Positions 61,405-64,000 of a DNA stretch of 64,000 bases are shown piece by piece. Location: positions 646 to 64,645 of the forward strand of contig CAYRHG010000072.1 of the NCBI GenBank assembly GCA_964424025.1, in the 5' to 3' direction. Under the pieces are notes generated by a model, which did not search any database, was not told the origin of the DNA, and was given only the letters and a program-made list of their open reading frames with translations. This DNA comes from an uncultured Dehalococcoidales bacterium (lineage in GTDB: Bacteria; Chloroflexota; Dehalococcoidia; Lucifugimonadales; Lucifugimonadaceae). The first letter of the stretch is position 1; every line of letters starts with the position of its first letter. A program made the translations under genes and the position numbers.

Positions 61405-62205
61405 CTAATCCGCTACCCGGATCGCACGCTCGGCCGACCTCAAGACCGTCGTGTGATCGTAAGCGTCGAGATGCTTCTGCAAAGCTTTCTTGTCAACTTG
61501 CAACGCCATCGTTTCGGCAAGGTTCACCATTTTAGGCACGGCGCGAACCACATTGTCGACGATGGTGATCGAAGCGTCGCGCGAAGTCCGGGAAAGTGGG
61601 TTGAGGTCGACTGTGATAACCGATTTGCCAGTCGCGCGTAGTGCGCCGCAACGATCGCCGTCCTCCAATGGGACGAACACCACATCCGCGATCGCGATAC
61701 CGTCAGGATTGATATAGCGGCGTGCGCTACTCATTCCCTCAATCATGGTTTCAGGGCTCGGTTGCAACACATCTCCGCTGCCAAACCGTTTCAAGTGATC
61801 TGAGATCGCGTGTATCCGCGATTCACTGTGGTGGAATATGTTTATCTCGAGCGGGGCCCCCACGACACTGGACAATTTCACCAACTCGCCAGGCACCAAC
61901 GCGGCCGCGTTTCCGTTGACCGAAATGACTGGCCGATCCGCCAACAACAACGCCGCGACAGATGCTTTGATCGCGGTTTCAGCGAAACATCGGGTGCGTT
62001 CTCCGATCAGGTAGTCATATGCCTCTCCGCGTCCATGCGCGATCAAGCCATGCTGCGAAGTGACGCCGATCCGTACGCCTTCCACCAAACGTTCACGAAT
62101 ATTGAGCGACTCTGCCCTTGGGTGGGATGGTGGGACCTGTTCCGCAGTCGCACCTCCCTGGCTGTGTTCTTCGTCTTCAAAAGATCGCATTCGGACCCGA
62201 TCCAA
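61405..62205 (-). CDS. archaeal-type phosphopantothenate synthetase-like protein (4-phosphopantoate--beta-alanine ligase family, COG1701/DUF137)
   Basis: 266-aa ORF. HPRAESL..RE.LVEG......QHGLIAHGRGEAYDYLIGE.T and PVISVNGNAAALVP...V.L......PLEINIFH motifs match my recollection of the archaeal PPS family. Needs an HMM check. Confidence 0.55.
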   Translation of the reverse strand: MDRVRMRSFEDEEHSQGGATAEQVPPSHPRAESLNIRERLVEGVRIGVTSQHGLIAHGRGEAYDYLIGERTRCFAETAIKASVAALLLADRPVISVNGNAAALVPGELVKLSSVVGAPLEINIFHHSESRIHAISDHLKRFGSGDVLQPSPETMIEGMSSARRYINPDGIAIADVVFVPLEDGDRCGALRATGKSVITVDLNPLSRTSRDASITIVDNVVRAVPKMVNLAETMALQVDKKALQKHLDAYDHTTVLRSAERAIRVAD

Positions 62206-62340
62206 ACTCGTCGGAGGTCGCGGAGTAGCGGTTGAGCATACCAGATACTGTCGCGACGATCGGTGTTCGCCTGAGCGAAAAGGAGGCGCCGGAGGTTCGC
62301 GCGACGCGTGACTACCGCACGAACGAGCGTGGGTTACGGC

Positions 62341-62802
62341 TCAGACCTCTTTAGTGTAGACCGTGAAATGCGCGTTGGAGAAACCGTTGCGCGCCAAAAA
62401 CGCGGCGTCGCGTTCGTCCTCGTCCAACAAAACCGAAAACATCGTTTCGATACCGTCCGCTTTGGCCTTCTGCGTGAGAGCTTTGACGAGACGCGAACCT
62501 ATGCCCATGCGACGGTAGTCAGGGTGAACCGCCATCGCGACGATTCGCACCCCCGGAGGCAAACCGTACGTTGAAGACTGCCGTTCTGACATCAGGAACG
62601 CCACGATATCGCGGTCGCTTTCCTGGTCAACTGCCACGAAGCAACCCCATGGCGCGTACTCGAGCGAATCGAGGGCGATTATCTCCAGAACGCGCCCGAC
62701 GTATTGATCCCAGGTCAGGGAACGGTCTGGACCACGGATTTCTTGATCCAGCAATATGACGCTCTCAGCGTCTCCTTGCTGCAACTCGCGGATCTCAATC
62801 AT
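62341..62802 (-). CDS. GNAT family N-acetyltransferase
   Basis: 153-aa ORF with the acetyl-CoA motif V.P.YRRMGIGSRLV. Confidence 0.75.
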   Translation of the reverse strand: MIEIRELQQGDAESVILLDQEIRGPDRSLTWDQYVGRVLEIIALDSLEYAPWGCFVAVDQESDRDIVAFLMSERQSSTYGLPPGVRIVAMAVHPDYRRMGIGSRLVKALTQKAKADGIETMFSVLLDEDERDAAFLARNGFSNAHFTVYTKEV

Positions 62803-62803
62803 T

Positions 62804-63775
62804 TCAGTTCACGATGTTTTGGGGCGTTCCCCGCAGGAAAGCCAGCGTGTTCTCGACAACGCCTTGGTTAAGCAGATCCAATCCTTCCGGCGTCATATCC
62901 GCGATGTGGGGTGTGAGAATCACTTGCTCGCATTGCGTAATCGCGCTGCCGGGCGGCAACGGCTCGTTCTCGAAAACGTCCAACGCGGCTCCAGACAGAT
63001 GACCAGAATTGAGAGCTTCAACAAGCGCTTCTTCGTCGACGATCGGACCGCGCGCCACGTTCACCAAGATCGCCTCGGGCTTCATCAGCGCGATCTCACG
63101 CGCCCCGATCATCTTCTCCGAATCGGGTGTCAGTTTGGTGTGAATCGTGACCACATCCGATCGCGCCAGCAGTTCGTCGAGTTCAAGGTATCGGACTCCC
63201 AGCTTTTCGGCTCTTTCATCTGACGGATTGAAGGTGTAAGCAACTACGTTCATGCCGAATGCGTTGCACATCCGCGCCATTTCGGCACCGATGTTTCCAG
63301 TTCCGATGATCCCGACTGTCTTGTCGCTGAGGAAGACACCGTCCTGCTTGACCCACTCTCCTTGCCGAGTCATCTCTGTGTACCACGCCGCTCGCTTTGC
63401 CGCGGCGAACATAAGGCCAAACGCATGTTCGGCTACTACAGGTGCAGTCTTCCCGGGAATATTCGAGACCGTTATCCCGCGATCCCGTGCCGCGTCAAGG
63501 TCTATCGAGTCGGTGCCGATACCGCAAACGGAGATGAAACGCAGTTCTGGCAGAAGTTCGAACGAGTCCTCTCGCCACTCGAGATAGCTGCGGGAGTTGA
63601 TGATTGCAGTCGCGCCTTGGGCGCGCTCGACCTGCAGATCAAAGCTGTCCGCTCTGGTTGGGAATATTTTCAGATCCGCAACAGCCTCAAGCTCCGCCAT
63701 GCGCGGAGAACCTTGGCATTGCGCAGGATCATCAGATGGCACGACGACGAGTGGTCGGTCTTGGTTAGGCATCAC
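62804..63775 (-). CDS. D-isomer-specific 2-hydroxyacid dehydrogenase family protein
   Basis: 323-aa ORF. GIIGTGNIG NAD motif, R and E, and H catalytic positions (ILTPHIA). Its stop lies 1 nt from the GNAT start. Confidence 0.85.
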   Translation of the reverse strand: MMPNQDRPLVVVPSDDPAQCQGSPRMAELEAVADLKIFPTRADSFDLQVERAQGATAIINSRSYLEWREDSFELLPELRFISVCGIGTDSIDLDAARDRGITVSNIPGKTAPVVAEHAFGLMFAAAKRAAWYTEMTRQGEWVKQDGVFLSDKTVGIIGTGNIGAEMARMCNAFGMNVVAYTFNPSDERAEKLGVRYLELDELLARSDVVTIHTKLTPDSEKMIGAREIALMKPEAILVNVARGPIVDEEALVEALNSGHLSGAALDVFENEPLPPGSAITQCEQVILTPHIADMTPEGLDLLNQGVVENTLAFLRGTPQNIVN

Positions 63776-64000
63776 TCAGAATTCCCGATGATAGGAGGTT
63801 GGGCACCCGCCGATTGATTCCTTGGAACACGGTGATCGGGCGCCTAAGTTGTGAGCGTGTTTATGCTTAGACGCGTTGTTCGTCTTCAGCTTCTGGCGCT
63901 GACTCGAATTCGGCCATTACGGGAACGCCATCGTCGTCCGACGCGTTCCTGCCGACTCGTTGCCGCAACGAAGAAGCGACGCTCGCGGCATCGGCCCGAA

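Noticed and set aside
1-64000. CRISPR arrays, rRNA, IS elements, integrases or prophage genes
   Set aside because: No regularly spaced direct repeats, no rRNA-like conserved segments, and no transposase, integrase or phage structural motifs appear in any of the six frames.
63867-64000. Partial minus-strand ORF at the right edge (...SLRQRVGRNASDDDGVPVMAEFESAPEAEDEQRV*)
   Set aside because: Only ~44 codons are visible, acidic and low-complexity, with no motif. There is too little sequence to call a gene.

Overview
Moderately GC-rich, densely coding bacterial chromosomal segment. A T-box leader, plsY, ybeY and pheST argue for Bacteria. Pro/Thr-rich linkers and many MFS, amidohydrolase, alpha/beta-hydrolase and rhamnose-mutarotase paralogues are reminiscent of marine Chloroflexota-type genomes, but taxonomy cannot be proven from this window. 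No rRNA, tRNA, CRISPR array, transposase or integrase was found. Core content: a 5'-partial 2-oxoacid dehydrogenase E2; a tryptophan cluster (T-box leader, trpS, trpE, trpG, trpD, MFS, trpC, trpF; no trpBA); dispersed arginine genes (argD, argG, argJ, argB); pheST; moeA; pheA; a Trk/Ktr potassium-uptake cluster; and assorted hydrolases, transporters and oxidoreductases. Items worth a second look: (1) an OsmC-like gene split by one in-frame TGA at the expected catalytic-Cys position, with a downstream hairpin, so a candidate selenoprotein; (2) a lower-GC 3.6-kb segment between argD and argG encoding a secreted protein of ten tandem two-cysteine modules plus a coiled-coil/HARE-HTH-like protein with a near-consensus promoter; (3) a ~1-kb ORF-free, hairpin-rich region inside the trp cluster, bounded by a direct repeat and headed by a strong promoter-like AT island; (4) a DUF6883/DUF4926 two-gene cassette between trpG and trpD; (5) tandem PaREP1/HEPN-like genes behind a perfect 16-bp hairpin; (6) an orphan SPPY-type DNA methyltransferase overlapping the plsY start; (7) an archaeal-type phosphopantothenate synthetase-like gene in a three-gene minus-strand unit. 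All functional calls come from motif recognition by eye, with no database searches.
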